Source of the DNA: Thermoplasmata archaeon
GTDB lineage: Archaea; Thermoplasmatota; Thermoplasmata; Thermoplasmatales; Thermoplasmataceae
Direction of reading: 5' to 3'
NCBI GenBank assembly: GCA_021797735.1
Contig: JAJZZE010000029.1
Location: 6,970 to 70,969 of the forward strand
DNA: 64,000 bases
In this document: piece by piece, positions 39,351 to 49,777 of the stretch
Numbering within the stretch: the stretch's first letter is position 1
Layout of the letters: each line of letters begins with the position of its first letter
Position numbers and translations under genes: made by a program
The notes under the pieces: model-generated
Seen by the model: only the letters and a program-made list of their open reading frames with translations
Databases searched by the model: none
Told to the model about the DNA's origin: nothing

Positions 39351-40538
39351 ATGGATGTAAATAAATATATGGCTGATGTAATGGAATATAATGATAGAAT
39401 GATAGAGATAAGAAGAAAAATACATGAAAACCCAGAGTTATCATATAATGAATTTCAGACGGCAAAACTGATTGCAGAAACATTAAAATCATTCAATATT
39501 GAGGTTAAAGAAAATGTTGGGGGTACAGGCATTGTTGGTTTATTGATGGGTACTGAGGGAAAAACAACCATAGGTTTAAGGGCAGATATGGATGCTTTAC
39601 CGGTTACAGAGGAAACAGGCGTTGCATATGCGTCAAAAAATAAGGGCATTATGCACGCATGTGGCCATGACACCCATGTGGCAATGCTACTATGTGCAGC
39701 ATATGTCCTTTCAAAACATAGAGATGAATTAAGGGGAAACATAAAGTTTTTATTCCAGCCTGCAGAGGAAGATGGCGGTAGGGGTGGGGCACTGCCAATG
39801 ATTGAAGCCGGTGCACTGGAAAATCCACATGTTGACCATGTTTTTGGATTGCACATATTAAATGACTTTCCCATAGGGACGATAGCACTGAAACCGGGAG
39901 CTGAGATGGCATGTCCAGATTCATTGAAGGTAATACTGCATGGCAGGGGTGGCCATGGGTCTGATCCTGCCAATACAATAGACCCCATATTTATAGGAAC
40001 ACAGATAATAAATGCAATATATGGGATCAGATCAAGATATATAGACCAGAGAGAACCGGTAACAATATCTATATGCTCATTACATTCCGGCACAAAGGAC
40101 AATATAATTCCGGATGATTTAATCATGGAGGGAACAATAAGAACATTTAATGAAAATGTAAGGTTAAAAATAAAAAAATCAATAAATGATATGGTAAAAA
40201 GCATCTCACTTGCATACGGTGCAACCGCAGAGATATCCTTTAAAAATGATGCTTACCCTGTGACATATAATGATCCGGAGATAACCGGAGAAGTAATAAA
40301 ATTATTATCCGGCATAAGGGGAATAAAGGTTGTGGATTCTGGACTTTTACTGGGTGGTGAAGACGTTTCAAGGTTTCTAGATAAGGCCCCTGGAACCTAT
40401 TATCTCCTTGGAACAAAAAACGATGCAAAGGGATTAATATATTCAAATCACAGTTCAAAGTTCAATGTTGATGAGGACTATCTAAAATTTGGATCACTGA
40501 CGCATGTTGATGTTGCAATGTACTTTGCAAATAAATAA
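39351..40538 (+). CDS. M20-family amidohydrolase/carboxypeptidase
   Basis: IHENPELSYNE, MHACGHDTH and HGRGGHGS blocks. The track ORF opens at an upstream TTG (39294); ATG 39351 fits family N-termini better. Confidence 0.9.
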   Translation: MDVNKYMADVMEYNDRMIEIRRKIHENPELSYNEFQTAKLIAETLKSFNIEVKENVGGTGIVGLLMGTEGKTTIGLRADMDALPVTEETGVAYASKNKGIMHACGHDTHVAMLLCAAYVLSKHRDELRGNIKFLFQPAEEDGGRGGALPMIEAGALENPHVDHVFGLHILNDFPIGTIALKPGAEMACPDSLKVILHGRGGHGSDPANTIDPIFIGTQIINAIYGIRSRYIDQREPVTISICSLHSGTKDNIIPDDLIMEGTIRTFNENVRLKIKKSINDMVKSISLAYGATAEISFKNDAYPVTYNDPEITGEVIKLLSGIRGIKVVDSGLLLGGEDVSRFLDKAPGTYYLLGTKNDAKGLIYSNHSSKFNVDEDYLKFGSLTHVDVAMYFANK

Positions 40539-40871
40539 TTATAATACTATTTTTAAAAACTCTATTAAACCCTTCCTTATTTTTATTCCTTCGCCGGTTA
40601 ATCTATATGTAATGAGACCATTTTCCTCTCTTGATATTATATTCAAACCTATTAATTCTTTCAATCTTTTTGATAAAATTGTTTTACTTATCCCCGGTAT
40701 TGAATTTATAATGTCATTGAAATTTTTCCTTGTATTATTGTTGCCTATAACACCTAAAATTAATAGGGTATATTTTTTTCCCAGTAAATTAAATACAGGC
40801 AATGATGGATCTATGCACATTTCCTCATTATCAGAATATATCATGCATGCATTCTCTTTTTTTAATCCCAT
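40539..40871 (-). CDS. HxlR-family winged-helix transcriptional regulator
   Basis: LLGKKYTLLILG...ISKTILSKRLKELIGLNIISRE pattern, 110 aa. Confidence 0.8.
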   Translation of the reverse strand: MGLKKENACMIYSDNEEMCIDPSLPVFNLLGKKYTLLILGVIGNNNTRKNFNDIINSIPGISKTILSKRLKELIGLNIISREENGLITYRLTGEGIKIRKGLIEFLKIVL

Positions 40872-40922
40872 AATATAATATAAAAATTAAATTAATAAAC
40901 ATTATTAATTATGGTTTAAAAC

Positions 40923-42392
40923 CTATATATGTTCTGTATTTTCTGTTGCCTCAGGTATTTTTTCCGATGCATTTTTAACAGTGTTTAAATTATTATGATC
41001 AAACATTTTTGTTATATCCTCCACAGACTTTCCTTTTGTTTCAGGCATTATTATAAAGAATATTACTGCGGCCATTGTCGATAATATACCGAAAACTGCC
41101 ATTGTGTAGCCCAGACCAATGGTTACATGCATTACAGGGAATATTTCAATTACTGCAAAATTTGATATCCAGTCAACAAAGGCTATTAAAGATGCATATA
41201 ACCCCCTGTATCTTGTGGGGAAATATTCTCCCTGAATGATCCAGCCTGTACCCCCAACACCAAAGGCAAAGAATATTATAAACCCGGCAAAACCTATTAA
41301 TAAACCCACATTTATGTGCATCAGGTATAATGCCGTTCCAAGGAAATCAAAAAATGCCATGCCGGAGAAACCCAATAATGCCAGTGGCCTCCTTCCGTAT
41401 GAATCTATTAACCTGAAACCTATTAATGTTGCTACAACATTTATAATTGCCAGTATTGAAGAAGCTGCAACCGCAAATATTGCAGATGGCACAGCCGCCG
41501 TTGATGATGGTATTAAATGTAAACTTGATATTACTGTGGGCCCATAATAAAATGGCACATTTATTCCTGTAATCTGCTGGAACATCATAAACAGGCCAAC
41601 TATGATAAAAGCCCTTTTAATCCCAGGTGTTTCCCTTATTTTTTTATCCAGTGAAACCAAAAAATCATGGCTTCTTTTTAAATCTTCTTTTCCTGCATTT
41701 ACACCCAATATTTTTAATGCACTAATAGCCTTGTCATATTTTTCGTGCAGTATTAACCATCTTGGTGATTCTGGCATATGAAATCTGTAAAACAGGCCAA
41801 TAAATGACGGTATTGCTGCTATACCCAGCAATACTCTCCAGTCAACGGCATAGGCCAGTCCCGGTGCTATATAGAATATCAGCATTCCCATAACGTACGC
41901 ACCTAAGATACCCCAGGTAATCATCCACTGCTGCATCATCGATAATTTTCCCCTTCTTTTAGCAGGGGCATATTCAGCTATGTACGCCGTTGCTATTGCG
42001 GAATCGGCACCTACCGCAATACCTATGAATGTCCTTGATATTAACAGCATTGCAAGGTTTATAGTTATTCCGGATAATACAGCGCCTATTGTATATATAA
42101 GTGCATCAGCGATTAACAGGTACTTCCTTCCAAACCTATCCGTTAAAGCCGCCGCTATTAATGCACCTACAGCTGCACCCAAAGAGGCGCCTGCCACCAG
42201 ATACCCTGTAATAAAGGGGTTTAAATTTGATGAATAAAATGGTATAAATTCCAGTGCAGTCCCTATGTTTGACGTATCATAACCAAACAAAAAACCACCC
42301 AGTGTAGCAAGTATTGTGATTGACCAGTAAAATTTATTTGTTATTTTTCCATTCAGCTGGCTCAGTATTGGATCATTATTCTCTGTCTCCAT
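40923..42392 (-). CDS. MFS sugar-porter-family transporter
   Basis: TDRFGRK and PESPRWL signature motifs, 12 TM segments. Confidence 0.9.
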   Translation of the reverse strand: METENNDPILSQLNGKITNKFYWSITILATLGGFLFGYDTSNIGTALEFIPFYSSNLNPFITGYLVAGASLGAAVGALIAAALTDRFGRKYLLIADALIYTIGAVLSGITINLAMLLISRTFIGIAVGADSAIATAYIAEYAPAKRRGKLSMMQQWMITWGILGAYVMGMLIFYIAPGLAYAVDWRVLLGIAAIPSFIGLFYRFHMPESPRWLILHEKYDKAISALKILGVNAGKEDLKRSHDFLVSLDKKIRETPGIKRAFIIVGLFMMFQQITGINVPFYYGPTVISSLHLIPSSTAAVPSAIFAVAASSILAIINVVATLIGFRLIDSYGRRPLALLGFSGMAFFDFLGTALYLMHINVGLLIGFAGFIIFFAFGVGGTGWIIQGEYFPTRYRGLYASLIAFVDWISNFAVIEIFPVMHVTIGLGYTMAVFGILSTMAAVIFFIIMPETKGKSVEDITKMFDHNNLNTVKNASEKIPEATENTEHI

Positions 42393-42628
42393 AATATTTT
42401 AAGTTTGTTATAATATATAAATTTTTATAATTTTTGGTTATAATGCTCATTTTTTTATATATTTTATGCAATAAAATTCATTCATTAAGTACTAATGTGT
42501 CATTTTTAAGAAAAATTTATATATTTTTATTAACTTATCATGTTTCTGCTGGTATTTATACATTTTTAACTGGAAATTACATTTACATGCGTCAAAACTC
42601 ATTTATATAAAAGTAATATGCACATATA

Positions 42629-43042
42629 ATGGAGTTTAAGAGGGAAATAACAATAAATTGCGATAAAAATGGGCTGTGGGATTTAGTGAAGGACTATAAA
42701 AAAAGATCAGAATTCTGGCATGGAACGAGGTCTATAGAAAAAATGGATAATTTTTATTATGTTCAGTTTGCTTTTCCCGGAAAGGGTAAAATGTCAATGG
42801 AAATAAATGATAATGATTATACGATGAGGGAAGATTATTTAAAGGGCCCATTTACAGGATATATCATAACAAAAATAGAGGATAATGGCAAAATCAGGTT
42901 AATTTCTGAATGGAACATAAAATTATCACCATCATTAAAGTTATTTACAAGGAGATTGCAGGGACATTTTGAAACAGGTACAGAGGATGCTCTGAACAGG
43001 ATAAAGAACTACCTGGAAGGTACATCAAACGTTAAATCATAA
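42629..43042 (+). CDS. SRPBCC (polyketide cyclase/START-like) family protein
   Basis: 137 aa. The N-terminal ITINCDKNGLWDLVKDY pattern and overall size fit the family. Weak motif-level call. Confidence 0.55.
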   Translation: MEFKREITINCDKNGLWDLVKDYKKRSEFWHGTRSIEKMDNFYYVQFAFPGKGKMSMEINDNDYTMREDYLKGPFTGYIITKIEDNGKIRLISEWNIKLSPSLKLFTRRLQGHFETGTEDALNRIKNYLEGTSNVKS

Positions 43043-43170
43043 TTGTGTTTTATAAATCCCTGGCAGCAGTCTAAAAATACCGTATGCCCGCATACAGGGC
43101 ATGCGGAATAATGCCTGTACAGGTAGCATTTCTCGCATGTACAGCTTTCATTCATACAATCACTACACAT
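43009..43170 (-). CDS. candidate cysteine-rich small protein (53 aa, 9 Cys)
   Basis: Minus-strand ORF MCSDCMNESCTCEKCYLYRHYSACPVCGHTVFLDCCQGFIKHNYDLTFDVPSR with an AT-rich TATA-like upstream sequence. It overlaps the 3' end of the convergent SRPBCC gene by 34 nt. It is below the track cutoff. Confidence 0.35.
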   Translation of the reverse strand: MCSDCMNESCTCEKCYLYRHYSACPVCGHTVFLDCCQGFIKHNYDLTFDVPSR

Positions 43171-43279
43171 ATTTTGATATCTGACAGTATTATTAAATAT
43201 TTATTATACATTTTGCGCTAAAAACCTTTTATTAAACGCTGTTAAAAAAGGATATATATAATAGTCACATGAAATATAT

Positions 43280-44092
43280 ATGAGAACATTAAAAATGTTT
43301 ACCGGTGATGAAATAACTGTAAAGGACAATCTGGATAAGATTGTTTCTTTCAGTCCAGCCGTTACAGAAACCTTATTTCTATTAGGCCTTGGAGATAAAA
43401 TAATTGCGGATTCGGCATTCTGTGCAAGGCCCGATGAAGCTAAAAATAAAAGAAAACTTGCAAGTTATTCAACTACGAGAAACGATATACTGGCAGCCCT
43501 GGATCCGGATATAATTTTAACGGTGAGTGGCTACCAGGAAAAACTTTTCAATAATTTAAGGGATTTTAACACATATGTTTTTGAACTGCCCTCCTCAATG
43601 CATGGAATTTTAGATTTAATTTCGAGAGTAGGAATAGTTGTTAACAAAAAGGAAGAATCGAAGGAGCTTGAATACAGATTGATGGAATATGAAAAGAGGA
43701 TAAATGTGAATAAACGGTATAAAACATATTTTGAAATAGATTTAGGTGGTCCCGTAACATTTGGATCAATGAGTTATATTACAGATTCGCTTTTTTTGAT
43801 GGGTTTTGATACAATATACAGAGATTATGACAGTGAATGGGTTATGCCAGATTTTGATTACGTTAAAAAAATGAATCCCGATGTTATAATATACGAGCAT
43901 AAGATGTATAGAAATTTTAATGAAAATGACATGGAAAATCTAATAAATAAAAGGGGCTGGAATGATATCAGTGCCGTTAAAAACAATAAGGTATATATCA
44001 CACCGGGAAAACTGGATTTTTTTGCACATCACGGACCATCATTTTTCACGGATGTTATACCCTGGACAGTAAATATATATAATTCACTGTAA
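43280..44092 (+). CDS. BtuF/FhuD-type (class III) substrate-binding-protein homolog without signal sequence
   Basis: IVSFSPAVTETLFLLGLGDKIIA and PDIILT blocks of the periplasmic-binding-protein family. The N-terminus is hydrophilic and no transporter genes lie adjacent. Confidence 0.7.
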   Translation: MRTLKMFTGDEITVKDNLDKIVSFSPAVTETLFLLGLGDKIIADSAFCARPDEAKNKRKLASYSTTRNDILAALDPDIILTVSGYQEKLFNNLRDFNTYVFELPSSMHGILDLISRVGIVVNKKEESKELEYRLMEYEKRINVNKRYKTYFEIDLGGPVTFGSMSYITDSLFLMGFDTIYRDYDSEWVMPDFDYVKKMNPDVIIYEHKMYRNFNENDMENLINKRGWNDISAVKNNKVYITPGKLDFFAHHGPSFFTDVIPWTVNIYNSL

Positions 44093-44199
44093 AAACCTAT
44101 TTTTATAATTTTTAATGCGTTATTCTTTTTTAACTCCACTATTATTCCGCTTAATATAATACATAGTAATATCAGAAATTATATTTACAGGCATAACAG

Positions 44200-45012
44200 T
44201 TATTTTCTTATTATATCTCTTATTTTACTGTATTCATTTTCATCAAGGTCAATATTCAGGGATGTTATTATATCGTTTATATGTGATATTCTTGATGATT
44301 TCGGTATTGGTATCGATTTTTTTTTCAGGTAAGCAAGTGAACACTGTATTTTTGACATGCCAAGTGATTTTGAGATATAATCAACTTTTTTACTTATTCT
44401 TCCATGGTTCAATGGAGAATAACCGATTACCTTTATATTATTCCTTTCACAGAACGGTATCAGATCATCCTCGATATAATAATTTTCAAGATTATACTCA
44501 ACCTCATCTGCAATTATTTTTCCAGTTTTAATATTATTCATGGCATCCATAAGGCCGGCAATATCGAAATTGCTCACACCTATATTTTTTATTAAACCCA
44601 TTTCCAGCAGTTCATTCATCGCATTAAGCGTTTCCTTAACCGGAATTTTTGGATTTGGCCAGTGAATAAGGTATAAATCGATATAATCCGTGTTTAATCT
44701 TTTTAAGGATGCCTTTGCTGATCTGATTACATCGTCATAATGTAAATGTGTCGGCCATACCTTTGATATAATAAAAATATCATTTCTATTAAAATCCTTT
44801 ATGGCTTTTCCTACAAGCTCCTCAGAATGGCCATCTCCATAATATTCTGCAGTATCAATTAAATTTATCCCATTTTTTACCGCATATTTTATGGACTCAA
44901 TATCATCACGGTCATTTTTATAATCAGGTGAAATTTTACCACCAGTGCCATAGGTACCCAGGCCTATGTCTGAAACCTCCATATCATCTATTTTAACCAA
45001 TTCCAACACCAT
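44200..45012 (-). CDS. aldo/keto reductase
   Basis: IGLGTYG, IDTAEYYG and YIDLYLIHWP blocks. I chose the start at ATG 45012 (MVLELVKIDDMEVSDIGLG); the track ORF opens at 45060. Confidence 0.9.
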   Translation of the reverse strand: MVLELVKIDDMEVSDIGLGTYGTGGKISPDYKNDRDDIESIKYAVKNGINLIDTAEYYGDGHSEELVGKAIKDFNRNDIFIISKVWPTHLHYDDVIRSAKASLKRLNTDYIDLYLIHWPNPKIPVKETLNAMNELLEMGLIKNIGVSNFDIAGLMDAMNNIKTGKIIADEVEYNLENYYIEDDLIPFCERNNIKVIGYSPLNHGRISKKVDYISKSLGMSKIQCSLAYLKKKSIPIPKSSRISHINDIITSLNIDLDENEYSKIRDIIRK

Positions 45013-45089
45013 ATAAATAATTCCATAATTATTATAAACATTTTTATCAGGAAATAGCATGTATAAAAATTAAATATAATAAAAATAGG

Positions 45090-45437
45090 TTATGAATTAG
45101 TTTTATTGAAGGATGAACCTATTAACAGTCCCGCTATTGTTATAACAAATATTATCACGAATGTTAAAAGAATTATAAGGTAGAACGGTATGCCAGCTAT
45201 ATCCGATGCTATGGTAGCACCCTTTATCCTTGTGCTGTATGATGGTAGTAAAGCTATATAAACGCCTATTACAGAGGATATTCCGGATAATGCTATATAT
45301 GCAGTATGCCTTACCATAAAATACCCTATTAAAATAGCAGGTATAATCTGCAAATACCAGTAACCATAATAACTGAGCAAAAATGCAGTTGCCAGTAATA
45401 TAAACACTCCATATATATCAAAATATTTAGTATTCAT
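45090..45437 (-). CDS. small membrane protein (about 4 TM)
   Basis: Begins 2 nt after the acylase stop, so it is probably co-transcribed. Confidence 0.5.
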   Translation of the reverse strand: MNTKYFDIYGVFILLATAFLLSYYGYWYLQIIPAILIGYFMVRHTAYIALSGISSVIGVYIALLPSYSTRIKGATIASDIAGIPFYLIILLTFVIIFVITIAGLLIGSSFNKTNS

Positions 45438-45439
45438 TT

Positions 45440-47938
45440 TTAATCACCGTACCCATAATAGAACTGTTTTGGCATATTATCCGGCATTAATCTATAATAT
45501 ACACCATTATTCCACGGTATGAAATTATTTGAATAATAACCGCTCAGTGGATTCTCAGATATACCACCTGGATATATGCCCATGGCTTTTTCCGGGTTAG
45601 ATAGATTTACACTGAGCCTCCAGGATGGGCCAAAATTGGAAATTATGCCATATGCCGCATTTATTGTATTTCCATCTCCAGCAGCCGGTATTTCCTTAGT
45701 ATTCAATGTATTTATGCCAAAGAAACTGGATAAATATCTTTTATGAATATTTCCCCAGTCCCACTTTGATGATATTCCTCCATATTTTTTATTAAATTCT
45801 TTTATTGTTTGATTAAATGCCTCCAGTGCTAATGTATTAAAATTCATGGTTTTGTCATTTAATGGATTATTAAAGTGTGATGAATCCGGATCATTAACTG
45901 TCCAGTTTACCAGATCCTCTATTAATGGCCCGTGATACATTGAATCACTACCAAGGAAAAATGCTGTATTATATAAACCCTCATTTGATGTTATTCCATA
46001 TTCCTCCAGGTATGGAAGAAAAGTATCATTTAATATATTCTGTTCCCAGAAATAGAAAACACTTGCCGCAGAGGAATTTACGGTCATATTTCCATTCCAT
46101 GATTGCAGTTCGCTATACATTTCTGTATTACCATAGTATTTTCCTATAGATTTCAGTAATGGTTTAAGGAAAATATCAGTCGTATAATCATGTACTGTTA
46201 GCTGTATTTTTTCCATCTTCGTGGTATTGAAACTGTTAGTAGAGTTCAGTAATGTGTATGCCTCATCTGCACGGTAACCGGATTCATAATCCCAGCCTAT
46301 ATAATATGGATAATTCTGTGATACCGTTATCTGGTTATCTGAGAAAACAAATCCCCTTGCCGGATCATATAGATACGGTTCATCCTTCAACGGTATAAAC
46401 CCTACCCAGTTTGACCTGCCAGTTCCATTCAGTACACCCCGGGGGTTGCCGGATTCAATAACTGGATAATTGCCGTACGGAAATATACCTATATTTCCCT
46501 TTGAATCCGCTACGGCCCAGTTCTGTATTGCAACCCTGAAATATCTGGTAAGGTTATCCCTGAACTGGCTCACTGTATGTGCCCTGTTGATATTAAGAAA
46601 GAATGTAAGTTCATAACTTGGCGATAAACCTGTCCAGTCCATGGCAATTTTCGTTCCGGAGTCATTGTCCACAACAACACCGTTGTTAGCAACATCTAAG
46701 GTTAATTTATATGGTTTTGAATCCTTTATATTTATCGTTTCATTTATTTCAGTAAATTTTGTCCAGTTGCCGTGGGAGTAATAACTATATGGATATGCAC
46801 CGGAGGTCTCCTCTGCATAGAAATATGTTTCCTGTATCTGACCGTTTGTTGCTCCCCACGCAAGGTAATTATTATGCCCTAAAATTATACCAGGGAATCC
46901 AGGAAAAACTACGCCTATTACATTCATACCTGGTGATACAAGCTGGAAACCTATCCATACTGATGGCACACTTGTTGTTAGATGAGGGTCATTTGCAAGG
47001 AGTGCTGAAACGTTGTCCGTTTTTACTCCATTTACCGCCCAGTCATTGCTAAAACTGCCGGATGATGGGAATGCAAGTGATGCTGGTGATGAGATTGATG
47101 GTATGTTGCTAACATTATTTACCGGTATATGTGCGGACGGTGTATACAGCGTTAAATTTTTAATATCTCCCGTTTCATTGTAGATGTCAGGATTGCACTT
47201 ATATGGGACTATTGGATTCTGTATTCCCGCAGGATATGCTGGATATATTGCCCTTACAATATTTTCGGGCATTTTCTGTAATGCGTACTGGAATAAAAGT
47301 GGATCAAAACCCCCTGCACTGTTTTCCCATAAAAATATCTGCTGTATTGCAAATATATTTGTTAAATTAAAGTCTCCCGGTTTATAATTCAGTAATTTAA
47401 AGAGTACTGGCATGTTTTTATAGCTCAGGTTATTAATGTATGAATTTATTCCAGAAACAAAATTGCTGGTTGCCATATATGTATATGAATTTTTTGATAT
47501 ATTATTTACTTCTTCCCCTGCAATCTGGCAGTTCATTAATTCCCTGGCAAATATATCAGATGGTAATTCACTTTTACCGGCAAGCTGTGATAATGTACCC
47601 TGTGCATCCTTCTTAATAAAAACCATCTGTGCAAGCCTGTATTTTGCCTCAAGATAACCCTGCTCATAATACAGTGACCAGTTATGGTTGCTGTAAATGC
47701 CTATAAATCCATCAGATTCCTGGAAGGTTATAACCTCTGCAGTTTTACCATCATGTGTTATATTTATATATTTTGCACCCGCCCTATACTGTGGTGGTAT
47801 TGAATAAATACCTGTTGAAGGATTTAACAGTTTATTCAATGGTGGCAGTGGCCCTATTGAAAATGAAACCATTGATAATATAACAATAGCAACAATTAAA
47901 CCTGTTATAAATCTTTTCCTGGATGAGAAAACCTTCAT
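45440..47938 (-). CDS. penicillin-acylase-family Ntn hydrolase, membrane-anchored or exported
   Basis: 832 aa with an N-terminal TM anchor, an internal GSFSNDWAV (Ser-Asn nucleophile site of the beta chain) and many N-x-S/T sequons. Confidence 0.85.
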   Translation of the reverse strand: MKVFSSRKRFITGLIVAIVILSMVSFSIGPLPPLNKLLNPSTGIYSIPPQYRAGAKYINITHDGKTAEVITFQESDGFIGIYSNHNWSLYYEQGYLEAKYRLAQMVFIKKDAQGTLSQLAGKSELPSDIFARELMNCQIAGEEVNNISKNSYTYMATSNFVSGINSYINNLSYKNMPVLFKLLNYKPGDFNLTNIFAIQQIFLWENSAGGFDPLLFQYALQKMPENIVRAIYPAYPAGIQNPIVPYKCNPDIYNETGDIKNLTLYTPSAHIPVNNVSNIPSISSPASLAFPSSGSFSNDWAVNGVKTDNVSALLANDPHLTTSVPSVWIGFQLVSPGMNVIGVVFPGFPGIILGHNNYLAWGATNGQIQETYFYAEETSGAYPYSYYSHGNWTKFTEINETINIKDSKPYKLTLDVANNGVVVDNDSGTKIAMDWTGLSPSYELTFFLNINRAHTVSQFRDNLTRYFRVAIQNWAVADSKGNIGIFPYGNYPVIESGNPRGVLNGTGRSNWVGFIPLKDEPYLYDPARGFVFSDNQITVSQNYPYYIGWDYESGYRADEAYTLLNSTNSFNTTKMEKIQLTVHDYTTDIFLKPLLKSIGKYYGNTEMYSELQSWNGNMTVNSSAASVFYFWEQNILNDTFLPYLEEYGITSNEGLYNTAFFLGSDSMYHGPLIEDLVNWTVNDPDSSHFNNPLNDKTMNFNTLALEAFNQTIKEFNKKYGGISSKWDWGNIHKRYLSSFFGINTLNTKEIPAAGDGNTINAAYGIISNFGPSWRLSVNLSNPEKAMGIYPGGISENPLSGYYSNNFIPWNNGVYYRLMPDNMPKQFYYGYGD

Positions 47939-47990
47939 AACTATTAAGCATTGGGGTTTATTTAAAGTTTTTTTACTGAACAGAATATAA

Positions 47991-49709
47991 TTATTTTTTC
48001 AGGAACTTTATCAGATTATTCAAATCCATGGTATTGATTACCCTGTTTTTTGTTAACCATCCACGTCTGGCGGTACCAACACCGAGTTCCATAAAATCAT
48101 AGCCATAGATATTGTGTGAATCTGTATCTATAGAATAATATATATTATATTTCGATGTTTTTAAAATATTTTCATCGTTGAGGTCAAGCCTTTCAGGCGA
48201 TGCATTGATTTCCATGGCAGTTTTATACTTTTCACAGTATTCCGAAATTTTATTGATGTCAGTATTATATGGTGGCCTTTCATTGATCAATCTTCCAGTG
48301 GGATGCCCGAGAATGTTGATTTTATTGGTTTTAATTGCATTGATAATTCTATCAGTCATATCCTCCTCTGGCATATTCATGCCGGTATGTACCGAGGCAA
48401 CCACGCAATCTATTCTCTTCAGAGTTTCATCCTCCAGATCCAGTGAACCATCCTTCAAAATATCAACCTCTGCACCCTTTAATATTTTTATTTTATATTT
48501 TTTACCGATTTCATCGATTTTATCGAAATATTCCATAAACCGGCCATCACTCATGCCATTGGCCACCTTTAAACTCTTTGTATGGTTTGTTACTGCAATA
48601 TAAATATAATTTTTATTGATTGCCGCTTCTATCATTTCTGCAGTGGTGTTTAACCCATCGCTTTCCACGGTATGCACATGCAAATCCCCCTTAATGTCAT
48701 TAAGTTCTATGAGTTCCGGTATTCTGTGTTGCAGGGCAAGTTCTATTTCACCGCGATCCTCACGCATCTCCGGAGGAATATAGTCCATATTTAATTTATT
48801 ATAAATGAATTTTTCATCACGGTCATATGCAATATTTTTATCGTTATAAAATAAACCATATTCACTCAGTTTATAATTATTATCTATACTGATCTTTCTG
48901 AGTTTAATATTATGGTCTTTGTTTCCAGTGAAATACTGCATAGCTGCACCGAAACTGTGGTCATCGATTACCCTGAGGTCGCAGGTTATACCGATATTCA
49001 GCAATACTGTTGTTTTTGTATCGCCCTTTACAACCACTGATTTAACATCGGGGAATTCCGTGAATAGATCCATAACACTTTTATTATCACTGGATGTTGC
49101 CAGTATGTCGATGTCCCCGATTGTTTCCCTCATCCTTCTGGTGGATCCGGCAATCATACACTGTTTTATTAAATCACTATTTTTCAGGTATTTAACGATC
49201 TTTTTTCCCTCAGTTAGCCCATCGTATAATAGAATCCTGCCACCCAGTGAATTTAACATGGAAATATTTTTCAGTATGAGGTTTTCACTCTTTTCCCCAA
49301 ATCCCGGTATATCCCGTATTCTATGGTTCTCCGCAGCCTTTTTTAAATCATTCAGGTTTTTGACTCCGAGTTTACTGTATAATATTATTGCCTTTTTTGG
49401 TCCAAAACCCTCTATCTTGAATAAATTTTGAAAATCTATAGGGTATTTATCCTTAATTTCCTCATATTTCTGGATTTTTCCAGTTTTTAAATATTCAATG
49501 ATGTGGCTGGCAATGCCCCTGCCAACACCGGGTATTTTCATGAGGCCGCTGATACCCTCCATACTGTATATATCTGAAACATCCACAGACATCGAACCTA
49601 TGGATCTTGCAGCCTTTTCATATGCCAGTGCCTCGAATTTCGATTTCTCATCGGCACTTAAAATGTCATATAAGTTTTCAAATATATCTGCTATTTCCCT
49701 GTTGGACAT
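47991..49709 (-). CDS. polX: family X DNA polymerase with C-terminal PHP domain
   Basis: N-terminal HhH motifs (IPGVGRGIA, IEGFGPKKA), GSTRRMRETIGDIDIL palm motif and a PHP domain (DLHVHTVESDG). Confidence 0.9.
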   Translation of the reverse strand: MSNREIADIFENLYDILSADEKSKFEALAYEKAARSIGSMSVDVSDIYSMEGISGLMKIPGVGRGIASHIIEYLKTGKIQKYEEIKDKYPIDFQNLFKIEGFGPKKAIILYSKLGVKNLNDLKKAAENHRIRDIPGFGEKSENLILKNISMLNSLGGRILLYDGLTEGKKIVKYLKNSDLIKQCMIAGSTRRMRETIGDIDILATSSDNKSVMDLFTEFPDVKSVVVKGDTKTTVLLNIGITCDLRVIDDHSFGAAMQYFTGNKDHNIKLRKISIDNNYKLSEYGLFYNDKNIAYDRDEKFIYNKLNMDYIPPEMREDRGEIELALQHRIPELIELNDIKGDLHVHTVESDGLNTTAEMIEAAINKNYIYIAVTNHTKSLKVANGMSDGRFMEYFDKIDEIGKKYKIKILKGAEVDILKDGSLDLEDETLKRIDCVVASVHTGMNMPEEDMTDRIINAIKTNKINILGHPTGRLINERPPYNTDINKISEYCEKYKTAMEINASPERLDLNDENILKTSKYNIYYSIDTDSHNIYGYDFMELGVGTARRGWLTKNRVINTMDLNNLIKFLKK

Positions 49710-49777
49710 AAAAATATATATTAATTACAATAATAAATTTATTGATAATTATAAATAAGGTATGTCAATATTAGATA

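Noticed and set aside
39455-40204. 249-aa minus-strand ORF
   Set aside because: It is antisense to the M20 amidohydrolase gene (HACGHDTH and other motifs) and has no motifs of its own.
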